Source of the DNA: a virus
DNA length: 32,000 bases
Virus record (IMG/VR): IMGVR_UViG_3300045988_130106
Span: 1-32,000 of that record
Reading direction: 5' to 3' (one strand)
The first letter of the stretch is position 1. Each line of letters opens with the position of its first letter. Positions 23,653-32,000 of this stretch are shown here, piece after piece. The notes beneath the pieces were generated by a model. That model saw nothing but the letters and a program-made list of their open reading frames with translations, made no database searches and was not told where the DNA came from. The translations under genes and the position numbers were made by a program.

Positions 23653-23735
23653 AGAAACTCTTTGGCGGGGTTGATCCTTGATTTAATTCTAGAGATATAG
23701 TATTCCCCGCACACAAAGAGTTTCTTTTTATTTTC
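23653..23735 (+). ncRNA. candidate small RNA/terminator hairpin
   Basis: Long inverted repeat: AGAAACTCTTTG (23653-23664)+GCGGGG (23665-23670) / CCCCGC (23705-23710)+CAAAGAGTTTCT (23714-23725), 34-nt loop, then TTTTTATTTT. TATAAT at 23641-23646 sits 7 nt before the stem. Confidence 0.6.
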
Positions 23736-23844
23736 TGGCCATTTCATCCCACTCTTGACCTGTTTTTGAAAAATATTTCATCATATTTCGAACCTCTCAT
23801 AAATATTATAACATAGGTTGCAATATTATAGCCACCAGATTTCT

Positions 23845-24222
23845 CTACCAATCTTCTTCCCACTCACTTGGATCTTTTAGCACCTGTCCAAACTGATTGT
23901 ACAACTGTCCGCATCCATCACAATATGTATCTCCCTGAAGGATAACCTCATACCCGCAGCTGCATTTTGCATGTGCTGGCTCTGTATACCACCAAGACCT
24001 TTTTCGTATACCCATATCTTCCCATTTTTCTGGATGATCGGCACAATCATTGTAATTTCTAAGTTTACTTTCCATATCATCCGTCTGAGTTAAATTGCCT
24101 TCTTTATCACATCCAAACCCAAGCGTTTCATAATATGGTGCGCCAATAATATGAAAACAATGTTCATAAATTGACTGTTGTCTCCGTTCTCTTTCTGAAA
24201 TAATTCTTACAATATGACTCAT
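23845..24222 (-). CDS. hypothetical protein with zinc-ribbon-like cysteines
   Basis: 125 aa: KCSCGYEV...YCDGCGQ. Confidence 0.7.
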   Translation of the reverse strand: MSHIVRIISERERRQQSIYEHCFHIIGAPYYETLGFGCDKEGNLTQTDDMESKLRNYNDCADHPEKWEDMGIRKRSWWYTEPAHAKCSCGYEVILQGDTYCDGCGQLYNQFGQVLKDPSEWEEDW

Positions 24223-24500
24223 AACTCTTCTCCTTTCATCATCTCATATTTATCCAGTTCTTCTTGATCCAGTAACCGATCATAATATACTTCCGCCCAG
24301 GCAGATATACCATTTACATTTGTCTTGTTATCATAGTTGATAAAATCCATGAATCCTTTCTGTGGCTGTGTTCCGATACTCACTGGACGGTGAAGCATAT
24401 AATACTTGATCCATCCTTTCCGTTTGGCTACATTCCTAACGTATTCTTCTGCACTCATTATTTTTATTCCTTTCTCTGTACTAAAATAGGAAGGCTGCAT
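24219..24500 (-). CDS. hypothetical protein
   Basis: 93-aa ORF, overlaps downstream gene by 4 nt. Start may be the internal MSAEEYV. Confidence 0.7.
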   Translation of the reverse strand: MQPSYFSTEKGIKIMSAEEYVRNVAKRKGWIKYYMLHRPVSIGTQPQKGFMDFINYDNKTNVNGISAWAEVYYDRLLDQEELDKYEMMKGEEL

Positions 24501-24541
24501 TTTACAACCTTCCTACATGTATTCTCTGTATTCAATTTTAT

Positions 24542-24616
24542 TTACCGTCTATTCCATGGCATCCATGGTCCAAAAACAATACCTAAAGCAATTGCCCAAC
24601 TAATTAATTCGATCAT
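24542..24616 (-). CDS. 24-aa hydrophobic micropeptide
   Basis: MIELISWAIALGIVFGPWMPWNRR* with AAAGGAG upstream of ATG. Confidence 0.4.
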   Translation of the reverse strand: MIELISWAIALGIVFGPWMPWNRR

Positions 24617-24683
24617 AATTTCATTCTCCTTTTGTTATATTTTAATTATATTTACTTTGCTATATCTGCACTGCATTTACTTC

Positions 24684-25313
24684 TTAATTTACTTTATTAG
24701 ATGTCAACATCCAATCTCCAAGTCTTTCTCTCATTTCATAATCTGTTGGGAATGTAGTTGCAGTACACATAAAACATCTTAATCGAGCATATTCATCTCT
24801 TGTAATTTCTATTCCCATATCACCAGGAGCAGTTCCTTTAGGCCATTTCATAGTTGTTGGATTAAAATAATATTTTCTAAATTTTGTTTCACCACTAGGA
24901 AATTCTTTATATTCCCACAGACAAGAAATAATTTTTCCTGTACTTATTTCAGTTGTGAAAGCTTTATTATATTGAGGATAATATTTATTGTATGCAAGAT
25001 TATCACTTTTCTTTGCAAATTCTAAACATTGTTTCTCTTCTGATTTATGAAAAGCATATTCTTCAGAAAGTTTATCCTCGTAAACTGTGCCAGTTTTCAA
25101 CCCAACTACCTGTCCACCAAAATTTCCATATTTATCTTCTCTTATCCTATAAGTGGTGTATTCTCCATTTCTAATCTCTCTACCTTTTCTGTCATACCAT
25201 ACAGTATCATTCCCCTCTTTGTGAATACTTGTCTTTTTACAATAATGATTGTCACTTAAACAACTCAATCCACTAATACCTAAAACGCTTAAAAATATTA
25301 ATGTTCCGATCAT
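24684..25313 (-). CDS. hypothetical exported/membrane-anchored protein
   Basis: 209 aa with N-terminal hydrophobic segment MIGTLIFLSVLGISGLSCL. Confidence 0.7.
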   Translation of the reverse strand: MIGTLIFLSVLGISGLSCLSDNHYCKKTSIHKEGNDTVWYDRKGREIRNGEYTTYRIREDKYGNFGGQVVGLKTGTVYEDKLSEEYAFHKSEEKQCLEFAKKSDNLAYNKYYPQYNKAFTTEISTGKIISCLWEYKEFPSGETKFRKYYFNPTTMKWPKGTAPGDMGIEITRDEYARLRCFMCTATTFPTDYEMRERLGDWMLTSNKVN

Positions 25314-25392
25314 AAAATATTGCCTCCTTGATTATATATTTTATGTTACATATTTTACTTTATTATACCGCTTTTATCTTATTTTGTAACCA

Positions 25393-25737
25393 TCAGCTTA
25401 ACACTTTTACAAATCTTGTTAGCCATTCTTCGCTTACATAGCCCGCAAGGATATTGTCTATGTCATTCATTATTGCATTGGTGTTGCATCTGATAAATAA
25501 ATTTGCAGCTTCTAACTTATCTAATTTCTTTACTATTAAATTAGAAAAATTAACAGTAACATGATTTCCATCTGATTCAATTACTGTTAATAACCTTGCC
25601 AATTTTAGCATATCTTCTTGCCACACATCACCATCGACATCATCATTATAAAAATAACTTTCCATATCATAATCCTGATCATGTACTGCAATTTCTTCTC
25701 CGTCAGGAGCTGATTTAATATATTCATATAAAGTCAT
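25393..25737 (-). CDS. hypothetical protein
   Basis: MTLYEYIKSAPDGEEIAVHDQDYDMESYF..., start 25737 with GGAGGG RBS. Confidence 0.7.
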   Translation of the reverse strand: MTLYEYIKSAPDGEEIAVHDQDYDMESYFYNDDVDGDVWQEDMLKLARLLTVIESDGNHVTVNFSNLIVKKLDKLEAANLFIRCNTNAIMNDIDNILAGYVSEEWLTRFVKVLS

Positions 25738-25864
25738 AATTTCCCTCCAAATCCAATTTTCATCAGTTGTGACATTTATATTCTTTTCCGTATTCGGCAG
25801 CATCTGCTTCATCATATACAATACCTACAGTATAGTTTGGAATGGAATAATCATTCTCTTCCTG

Positions 25865-25969
25865 TCAATCCTTAAATAACTCTTTAGCTTCCTTGTAACA
25901 TGGTGCGCAAAATCTAATACAACCAAAACCATCAATGGTTTCATCATAAGCAAATTTATATGTATACAT
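25865..25969 (-). CDS. 34-aa hypothetical protein
   Basis: MYTYKFAYDETIDGFGCIRFCAPCYKEAKELFKD*, GGAGG upstream, CxxxxCxxC. Confidence 0.45.
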   Translation of the reverse strand: MYTYKFAYDETIDGFGCIRFCAPCYKEAKELFKD

Positions 25970-25980
25970 ATCAATACCTC

Positions 25981-26199
25981 CTAAAATAAAAAGTCAATTT
26001 CTTCTTCTGGATTATCATAATCATCAACACCACCACAATCTTTTCCAAGAATGTATGTTCCACCAGATAACTTTGCGGAAGAAATAATTTTCTCCATAAG
26101 CTCATGTCTACGTTCTCCATCTTTTAATTCTTTCAATTCCTCATCTGTAACTTCAGCTTCCATTCCAACTCTAAACCATATCTTTTTCATCCTCATCAT
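25981..26199 (-). CDS. hypothetical acidic protein
   Basis: 72-aa ORF. Confidence 0.6.
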   Translation of the reverse strand: MMRMKKIWFRVGMEAEVTDEELKELKDGERRHELMEKIISSAKLSGGTYILGKDCGGVDDYDNPEEEIDFLF

Positions 26200-26396
26200 G
26201 CTCCTTTATATAATGTATGTTTGCCTTCTGCATCTCTCTGCCACTCATAACCAGCAAACTCCAATGCCTTTACAGCACCAACATAATAACTCATATCCTG
26301 TGGTCTAGCATCTTCCATATGAGCAATCATCCAACGTTCATCTAGCCATTCTTCCGTCTGCTTTTTAATTTCTCTTGCTGTTCTTCTCATTTCCAA
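26196..26396 (-). CDS. hypothetical protein
   Basis: 66-aa ORF overlapping its neighbour by 4 nt. Confidence 0.6.
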   Translation of the reverse strand: MEMRRTAREIKKQTEEWLDERWMIAHMEDARPQDMSYYVGAVKALEFAGYEWQRDAEGKHTLYKGA

Positions 26397-26835
26397 ATAC
26401 CTCTCTTACCTTATCTTCAATCATCTCGTTTCCATATTCAACTAAACGATCATGGAAACCTCGTACAAATTCTAATGTAGCAATTTTCATAACATTTTCT
26501 TCTGTCGGGTCAATCTGATAAAATTCCAACATGCCTTTGATATCATCATCGTACCAGGTGGTATTTGCATCTTCCATGAACTCAATTTCTTTATCTCTTG
26601 GATACTTGTCATATAATGAGATTTTATATTTCCATCCGTTACTTATAACGAAATTATAGAAATCTACTGTATCTTCCGCTATATACTCGTTCAGCCATAT
26701 ATCTCTATCATACCCATGAGCTTCCAAATAAGCATCAAGACAATCTTCACTTACCAAAAGATATGCTAAATTATCATCCACCACATTTTCTCTTAATTCA
26801 TCCACTGTATCCGCATAAACTAAAATATATTTCAT
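26365..26835 (-). CDS. hypothetical acidic protein
   Basis: MKYILVYADTVDELRENVVDDN..., start 26835 with GGAGG RBS. Confidence 0.7.
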   Translation of the reverse strand: MKYILVYADTVDELRENVVDDNLAYLLVSEDCLDAYLEAHGYDRDIWLNEYIAEDTVDFYNFVISNGWKYKISLYDKYPRDKEIEFMEDANTTWYDDDIKGMLEFYQIDPTEENVMKIATLEFVRGFHDRLVEYGNEMIEDKVREVFGNEKNSKRN

Positions 26836-26916
26836 ATTAAATTTCCCTCCTGCTAGTATATTCTCCAAAAGAAAAGACAGATGATTATCTCTCACCTGTC
26901 TTATAATTGCTGCCTA

Positions 26917-27222
26917 TTAAATTAAATAACTAGAAATATACCATATTTCTTTATTTTGTTTTGTCCACTTAAATCCATAGATAGCTCGATCAATAGTGAT
27001 TATTCCACCTACATAAGATGAGGATATAAAAATATAATCATCTGGTCTTCTGCTTGGTATTTCATCCCACCATTTCCAAATCCGCTTCCAATTTTCTACA
27101 AAATAATTATATTTATTTGGTTTTGTGAATGTTGATTGGGTTTTTGGATTATAATATGGATAATTCCCATACCCTGAGATATTCTCAAACTCAACTCCAT
27201 TTACAATTTTAGATCGCTTCAT
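26917..27222 (-). CDS. hypothetical protein
   Basis: 101-aa ORF, GGAGG RBS. Confidence 0.65.
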   Translation of the reverse strand: MKRSKIVNGVEFENISGYGNYPYYNPKTQSTFTKPNKYNYFVENWKRIWKWWDEIPSRRPDDYIFISSSYVGGIITIDRAIYGFKWTKQNKEIWYISSYLI

Positions 27223-27250
27223 ATATACCTCCTTGAAACACGGTTTTCAT

Positions 27251-27490
27251 CTACTCATAAATATAATTTTCTCTTCCGACCCATTCTCCATCTGTTCTAT
27301 CTTCGTTATTAACGGAAGTATAATATGTACATGTTTTGTGTTTATCCATTAATAATCCGATCTCATACATACAGCTTTCCTCATCTTCGCCGTATATGTA
27401 ACATGAGTAGCCGTCCTCATACTCTGCATACATCTCAAAGTTGTAGCCTTTTGATTCTTCTGAATTAAGTTCTACTTCTACAATCTTCAT
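27251..27490 (-). CDS. hypothetical acidic protein
   Basis: 79-aa ORF. Confidence 0.65.
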   Translation of the reverse strand: MKIVEVELNSEESKGYNFEMYAEYEDGYSCYIYGEDEESCMYEIGLLMDKHKTCTYYTSVNNEDRTDGEWVGRENYIYE

Positions 27491-27501
27491 GTGATTACCT
27501 C

Positions 27502-27765
27502 TTAATCAATATTGATATACCACCAACCGGTATACCTGTCCTCCTCATTATTTCGTTTGTCTTCTTTAGGATCATAATACCCAGTATTGACAAGAACTTC
27601 TTCTCCTTGTGCTCTATAAAGTGCATCGATCAAATCTGCAATTGTATTTGCTGCCGATTCTGTTTTTACGAGTATTTCTGTTCCACCGTCTGACCATATA
27701 ATTCCATCTGAATAATCTGGTAGTGCGTTTACAATCATTTCCATCCAATCTATTCTTCCGTTCAT
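27502..27765 (-). CDS. hypothetical protein
   Basis: 87-aa ORF. Confidence 0.65.
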   Translation of the reverse strand: MNGRIDWMEMIVNALPDYSDGIIWSDGGTEILVKTESAANTIADLIDALYRAQGEEVLVNTGYYDPKEDKRNNEEDRYTGWWYINID

Positions 27766-27774
27766 ACAATCACC

Positions 27775-28071
27775 TCAATTTAAAATTCTTAACAATGCGT
27801 ATTTGTCATCCCATTCGTATGCGTCTCCATCACAATTCCGTTTCTTAATAATATGTAATTCACTCAAATGATTTAGTGCTTTGAATAATTCACGCTGATC
27901 CTGCCCATACAATTTATCTTCGTTTGTCACAATAAAATCAATACCGCAATTAAGATTTTCTTTTAAAGAATCCATTATTAAAATTTCCATCTGGGTAAAG
28001 ATTTCCGTTTTTCTTTCTTCCAATAAATCATGTACTGATTTATGGCAGCCTGTATTATATAAAGGATTCAT
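27775..28071 (-). CDS. hypothetical protein
   Basis: 98-aa ORF, GGAGG RBS. Confidence 0.65.
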   Translation of the reverse strand: MNPLYNTGCHKSVHDLLEERKTEIFTQMEILIMDSLKENLNCGIDFIVTNEDKLYGQDQRELFKALNHLSELHIIKKRNCDGDAYEWDDKYALLRILN

Positions 28072-28106
28072 GTAAAATACCTCCGTTTAAAAAATGTGCT
28101 TTTCAT

Positions 28107-28307
28107 TTAGTCATAAATAAAATCTTCACACGGTCTCATCTTTCTTTGGTGTTTGCCACGTTTAATGCAACCACAATTATATCTGCAATCTTCACATGTA
28201 ATTGGATACTGAGACAAATTTTCTTCTACGCATTTTTTACATTGATATGAACTCATATTATAAGAATATCTACATTTTCGATTTTTCTTTTTACAATACA
28301 TATTCAA
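28107..28307 (-). CDS. Cys-rich small protein
   Basis: 66 aa with about nine Cys (CKKC, CEDC, CGC). Confidence 0.6.
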   Translation of the reverse strand: MNMYCKKKNRKCRYSYNMSSYQCKKCVEENLSQYPITCEDCRYNCGCIKRGKHQRKMRPCEDFIYD

Positions 28308-28337
28308 TTACCCACCTTTCTTTTTGAAATTTCCGTT

Positions 28338-28619
28338 TCATTTTACCTCATCCCATTCGTATACAGGAAGATCATCAACAACCTCTCCATCCGTATCCAA
28401 CCGGATTAAAAGCACATCATTTTCCCAAGCGTATTCTAACAATACAACTAAATCTGATGGCAGATTACGAATTTCTTTCCCTATAATGTCTTTATCAGGT
28501 ACGCTAATGAATATGCCCTCTTTATAATCATAACTATAAGGCATTTTATTTTCGCTTAAACTATTCAGTGTCTCTTCTTTTAAATGGGATGTACTAATAT
28601 CCAAATATTTTCCTAACAT
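28338..28619 (-). CDS. hypothetical acidic protein
   Basis: MLGKYLDISTSHLKEETLNSLSENK..., start 28619. Confidence 0.65.
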   Translation of the reverse strand: MLGKYLDISTSHLKEETLNSLSENKMPYSYDYKEGIFISVPDKDIIGKEIRNLPSDLVVLLEYAWENDVLLIRLDTDGEVVDDLPVYEWDEVK

Positions 28620-28635
28620 AATCATTTCTCCTCTC

Positions 28636-28941
28636 TTATTCTTCTGGTTCACCAAAAATTCTGATGTATTCTTCTACGCTTGCATTTCTTTCCACTAAAC
28701 GTCTTGCCGTGCTTTCGGTAATAGGAATAATTGTCTCATCAGGAGAATAACAGTTCTGACTTGTCTCTCTTGCATACTTACTTCCGGCATTACCATTTCC
28801 ATATAAGAAGTATTCTCCTGTTTTCTTTTTGTAGAGCATTTCTTCATACCAATCAACCTGTGATTTGTAACTATGTTCCCATATTGCTAACTTTTCTGCT
28901 GTTTCCGTATTGTACATCTTTCCGTTAATAATTTTTTTCAT
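28636..28941 (-). CDS. hypothetical protein of the MKKIINGKxYxTxTA...KKTGEYFLYGxGxxxSKYA type
   Basis: 101 aa. Sequence style known from many Firmicute mobile elements. Confidence 0.75.
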   Translation of the reverse strand: MKKIINGKMYNTETAEKLAIWEHSYKSQVDWYEEMLYKKKTGEYFLYGNGNAGSKYARETSQNCYSPDETIIPITESTARRLVERNASVEEYIRIFGEPEE

Positions 28942-28997
28942 AAGTATAATCTCCTTTCAAATTATTAAATTGCTGTTTCATCTACATAATTTCTACA

Positions 28998-29447
28998 TCA
29001 CACTTCCATATCATCAATTTCTATTGATTTTTCTAACAATGATTTCAAGTTCCAACCAGTAAGAGTCATAAAAACATCATCAATAATTTTTCTTTCATTT
29101 TTAGAAACATACTTACTAAGCAGAAGTCTCATTCCTTTTTCGATTTCTCTTCTTCCTGATTCCTCTCTATCACTTTCAAACTCATTGATTATAGCAATCG
29201 CAAGTTTGGCATAATCAATATATCCATCAACTATGTGACCATTTTCATCAAACAAAATATTGTATTTATCACAATAGTAATCTGCTTCATCTTCTGGACA
29301 CTCTGCTTTTTTCAAATCTTCTTCTCCGTATTCAAGTGCAAGGCAACGCACATTTTCTCTCGCATTATCCTTTACCTTTAAGTTATCCTCTCCAAAACAA
29401 CATTCATCTGCTCTCTTATAAATTTCATCCCACGTGTATTTCTTCAT
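28998..29447 (-). CDS. hypothetical protein
   Basis: 149-aa ORF. Confidence 0.65.
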   Translation of the reverse strand: MKKYTWDEIYKRADECCFGEDNLKVKDNARENVRCLALEYGEEDLKKAECPEDEADYYCDKYNILFDENGHIVDGYIDYAKLAIAIINEFESDREESGRREIEKGMRLLLSKYVSKNERKIIDDVFMTLTGWNLKSLLEKSIEIDDMEV

Positions 29448-29468
29448 TTACATCTACCTCACTTTCTA

Positions 29469-29675
29469 CTATTCTTCATTAAATATTTCCGCTATCAATT
29501 CATCTGGAATTACGTCTACAAACAATTCTTGTGCAATCCAATTTGTCTTGCTGCGATTATTTGAAATTGCATAAGCAGCTGCATTTCTAACAAGTGTTTT
29601 CAGATTTTCTTCTGATACATTTTCCAATACTTCTCTAATTTCCCAACTATATTTAGCAAATTGCATATCATCCAT
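29469..29675 (-). CDS. hypothetical protein
   Basis: 68-aa ORF. Confidence 0.6.
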   Translation of the reverse strand: MDDMQFAKYSWEIREVLENVSEENLKTLVRNAAAYAISNNRSKTNWIAQELFVDVIPDELIAEIFNEE

Positions 29676-29709
29676 TGAAATTTCCTCCGTTTCTGAAATC
29701 TACGGTTCA

Positions 29710-30192
29710 TTAGATATCTTCTCTTGCACATAATGTGTAGATTTCTGCATCAAGTACAACTTCACCGCAATCTTCACATTCTAAGCAAATGTCTGCTGGA
29801 TTATCCCAATCTCCATATGATACAATACTCACCTTATGTCCTCTGTGTTTCTTTAGTTCGTTCCATAAAATCATATTCATATCATCTGATTTCTCTTTAT
29901 TGCATGCATATTTTTCTTCCAAAAATGCTTTATAATATTCAACTTCATCAAATTCATTCTTTTCCATATCCTGTAATGTTGAATAAATCATTTCTGTAAG
30001 TTGTTCTTTGGTATATGACTCATACACTTCATCAGGTGTTAAATCTTCATCTTCGCTTCCAATAAAGTAAAACCAAAATTCTCCAATCTGGCAAGCAATA
30101 CAATCATCATTTGGATTACTAATAATCTTTACTATTCCATCACATAAGCCTTTAAAAATCATCTCTTTAAATTCCATAATCGTTCCCTCCAA
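29710..30192 (-). CDS. hypothetical acidic protein, C-terminal CxxC
   Basis: 160-aa ORF, GGAGG RBS. Confidence 0.65.
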   Translation of the reverse strand: MEGTIMEFKEMIFKGLCDGIVKIISNPNDDCIACQIGEFWFYFIGSEDEDLTPDEVYESYTKEQLTEMIYSTLQDMEKNEFDEVEYYKAFLEEKYACNKEKSDDMNMILWNELKKHRGHKVSIVSYGDWDNPADICLECEDCGEVVLDAEIYTLCAREDI

Positions 30193-30208
30193 TTAAGAAA
30201 TCATCGTT

Positions 30209-30505
30209 TCATTGTTCTAGTTTCCTTACCGTAAAATAAATTGTAGCACAATATTTGTCGCCATCTACAAACAGGTTATTTATTTCTACACCCAATTCTC
30301 TGCCAACACAATCCATAATATCGTCCTCATTATATTCAACGTCAAACGCTGGACTATATAAGAATACTTCTTTTGTATCTTCTTCCATATTAAATATAAG
30401 ACTTGAATCATCTTTTTGTTCCTTCATAAATTCCAATAAACAATTAGATGTTGTTGTAAAGCATTTTCTCTCAAAAAACCTTGAATCCATAACACTTTCC
30501 TCCAT
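30209..30505 (-). CDS. hypothetical acidic protein
   Basis: 98-aa ORF, GGAGG RBS. Confidence 0.6.
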   Translation of the reverse strand: MEESVMDSRFFERKCFTTTSNCLLEFMKEQKDDSSLIFNMEEDTKEVFLYSPAFDVEYNEDDIMDCVGRELGVEINNLFVDGDKYCATIYFTVRKLEQ

Positions 30506-30531
30506 TCTGTAAAGAATTCCTCATTTCATTA

Positions 30532-30783
30532 CTATAATTCTAATAGTTGAGAATCAATTTCAATTACATCCACTGGAATTTCATCTTGAACTATATCAAT
30601 CATATCTTCAAATCCATTGTTTTCTAAACATTCTTTTGCTTTTAAAGCCTTTTCATATGTGGTACATCTTGCAAATGTCATGCCTTCTAAATCATCAGTG
30701 CCTATTACATTAAATAATCTTGTCCATATCATATTATCTTCCTCCATTCTCCTAAAGAAACTCTTGTTTCTTCCTAATCCCAA
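30532..30783 (-). CDS. hypothetical protein
   Basis: 83-aa ORF. Confidence 0.6.
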   Translation of the reverse strand: MGLGRNKSFFRRMEEDNMIWTRLFNVIGTDDLEGMTFARCTTYEKALKAKECLENNGFEDMIDIVQDEIPVDVIEIDSQLLEL

Positions 30784-30980
30784 TTAACAAATTGTTCAAT
30801 CTCTTCTTTTTCAATTCCAATTCCGTCTAAAAGAAGCAATAATGCATTCACGGTATCTTCTTTATCAAACGATTCCATCCAGAACCAATCAATAATATTG
30901 CTTATTATCTTTCTTCCATCATTATCAATTGTAAAATTGTCCAAGATATACTGCCAAAATTTTTCTTTCATAATTTTCAC
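30774..30980 (-). CDS. hypothetical protein
   Basis: 68-aa ORF. Confidence 0.6.
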   Translation of the reverse strand: MKIMKEKFWQYILDNFTIDNDGRKIISNIIDWFWMESFDKEDTVNALLLLLDGIGIEKEEIEQFVNWD

Positions 30981-31385
30981 CTACCATTCTTTCAAATCTT
31001 CATTTGCCTTATCAATAAGGCTAACTGGAATTGCACCAACATCAGTAACATATCCTTCATTTGTGTTAATATGTTCCTTAATATACTCTTCCAGTTCTCT
31101 TTTAAAATCATCATCAGTTACATCTGCCAGATCATCGTTCCATGAAAAACTCGCTACATCACAATAATCATATGGGTAATTATCAGCTCCGTATCCATAA
31201 CCTGTATCAACACCACCAACATAAAGATCGAACCACAAATGATTCCCCCAATCAATAATATCAAAACAAAGATTACCAACTCTTACCGATCCAACATATT
31301 CTCCGCTACCTTCTTCCTGTTTGTAGCTTCTCTGATCCTTTTTATATCTCTCAAATTCTGGTTGCAAGTTCCATTTAAACTTCAT
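30981..31385 (-). CDS. hypothetical acidic/aromatic protein
   Basis: 134-aa ORF. Confidence 0.65.
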   Translation of the reverse strand: MKFKWNLQPEFERYKKDQRSYKQEEGSGEYVGSVRVGNLCFDIIDWGNHLWFDLYVGGVDTGYGYGADNYPYDYCDVASFSWNDDLADVTDDDFKRELEEYIKEHINTNEGYVTDVGAIPVSLIDKANEDLKEW

Positions 31386-31398
31386 ATGTCATCACTCC

Positions 31399-31932
31399 TC
31401 AATCTACCTGAATAATCAATCTAATCCGTTTCCCACCTACACAATCAATGGCAATAATATTACCGTTCGCAGGATCGTATTGTTTCCACACACTTTCAAT
31501 TTCAGGTGCATCACCAGTTTCCATTTTGTTATTGAAGAAATCGTATAAATCATTTTCAACAGACTCTTTTGTGATTTCCTTTTCTTCTTTTTCGTTTTCT
31601 TGTAAATCATCCAATAAGTTTTCTAATGTTTTCTGTTTCCATTCGGCATCGTGAACTAAATCCATAATACTATCAGGGCAACCACCTTTACCTCTGTTGG
31701 GAATCCATATCTCGACTTCTTCATCAACATCAAAATTCAACACTCTTTCTTCAACTGCATTTACAAACCCTTCATATGTACCATCAAACCAGATTGTCTC
31801 CCACCAATCTTCACCTTCTGGTGTACTCTGATTGATTTCTATGTATTTTCCATTATCTTGCTCACTAATTTCTTCATCAAAATTGAATTCATTCTTCTCT
31901 AAAATATCCTGTATCTTTTTATCTAATAACAT
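31399..31932 (-). CDS. hypothetical protein
   Basis: MLLDKKIQDILEKNEFNFDEEISEQDNG..., start at 31932 preferred. Confidence 0.7.
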   Translation of the reverse strand: MLLDKKIQDILEKNEFNFDEEISEQDNGKYIEINQSTPEGEDWWETIWFDGTYEGFVNAVEERVLNFDVDEEVEIWIPNRGKGGCPDSIMDLVHDAEWKQKTLENLLDDLQENEKEEKEITKESVENDLYDFFNNKMETGDAPEIESVWKQYDPANGNIIAIDCVGGKRIRLIIQVD

Positions 31933-32000
31933 ATAAATCACTCAACTCCTTTCTAAAAAAATCCTTTGCAAGTTGTTCAATCACACTTAATACTTCCTTT
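31919..32000 (-). CDS. C-terminal fragment of a CDS running off the right edge
   Basis: ...KEVLSVIEQLAKDFFRKELSDLYVIR*, overlapping the start of the next gene by a few nt. Confidence 0.4.
   Translation of the reverse strand, partial: KEVLSVIEQLAKDFFRKELSDLYVIR

Overview
32 kb accessory region from a low-GC Firmicute, Lachnospiraceae-like by codon usage and protein style. It is probably part of a large phage, plasmid or integrative element. Almost every gene is on the minus strand. Most are small acidic hypothetical proteins preceded by strong AGGAGG-type ribosome-binding sites. Recognisable genes include a VWA-domain protein, a DUF2135/YfaP-like protein, a radical SAM protein, a Sir2 deacetylase, a sigma-70-like/DUF262 fusion, a PemK/MazF toxin, HicAB, a tyrosine recombinase, an XRE regulator, a class I methyltransferase and tRNA-Gln(TTG). 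The standout locus is about 8.2-10.2 kb, read on the minus strand. It has a three-repeat mini CRISPR array (36-bp type II-like repeats, two 30-nt spacers). Next comes a 17-nt anti-repeat directly abutting the last repeat, then about 200 nt of structured non-coding DNA. It ends with a 520-aa full-length IscB homolog (PLMP-like, RuvC-I/II/III, HNH, intact catalytic residues). This looks like a CRISPR-associated IscB whose last repeat, anti-repeat and omega-RNA-like scaffold form a natural single guide. Two or three candidate small RNAs on the otherwise silent plus strand, a tRNA-like gene with a truncated anticodon arm, and a family of FE(T/S)NSSSxHS paralogs also merit attention.
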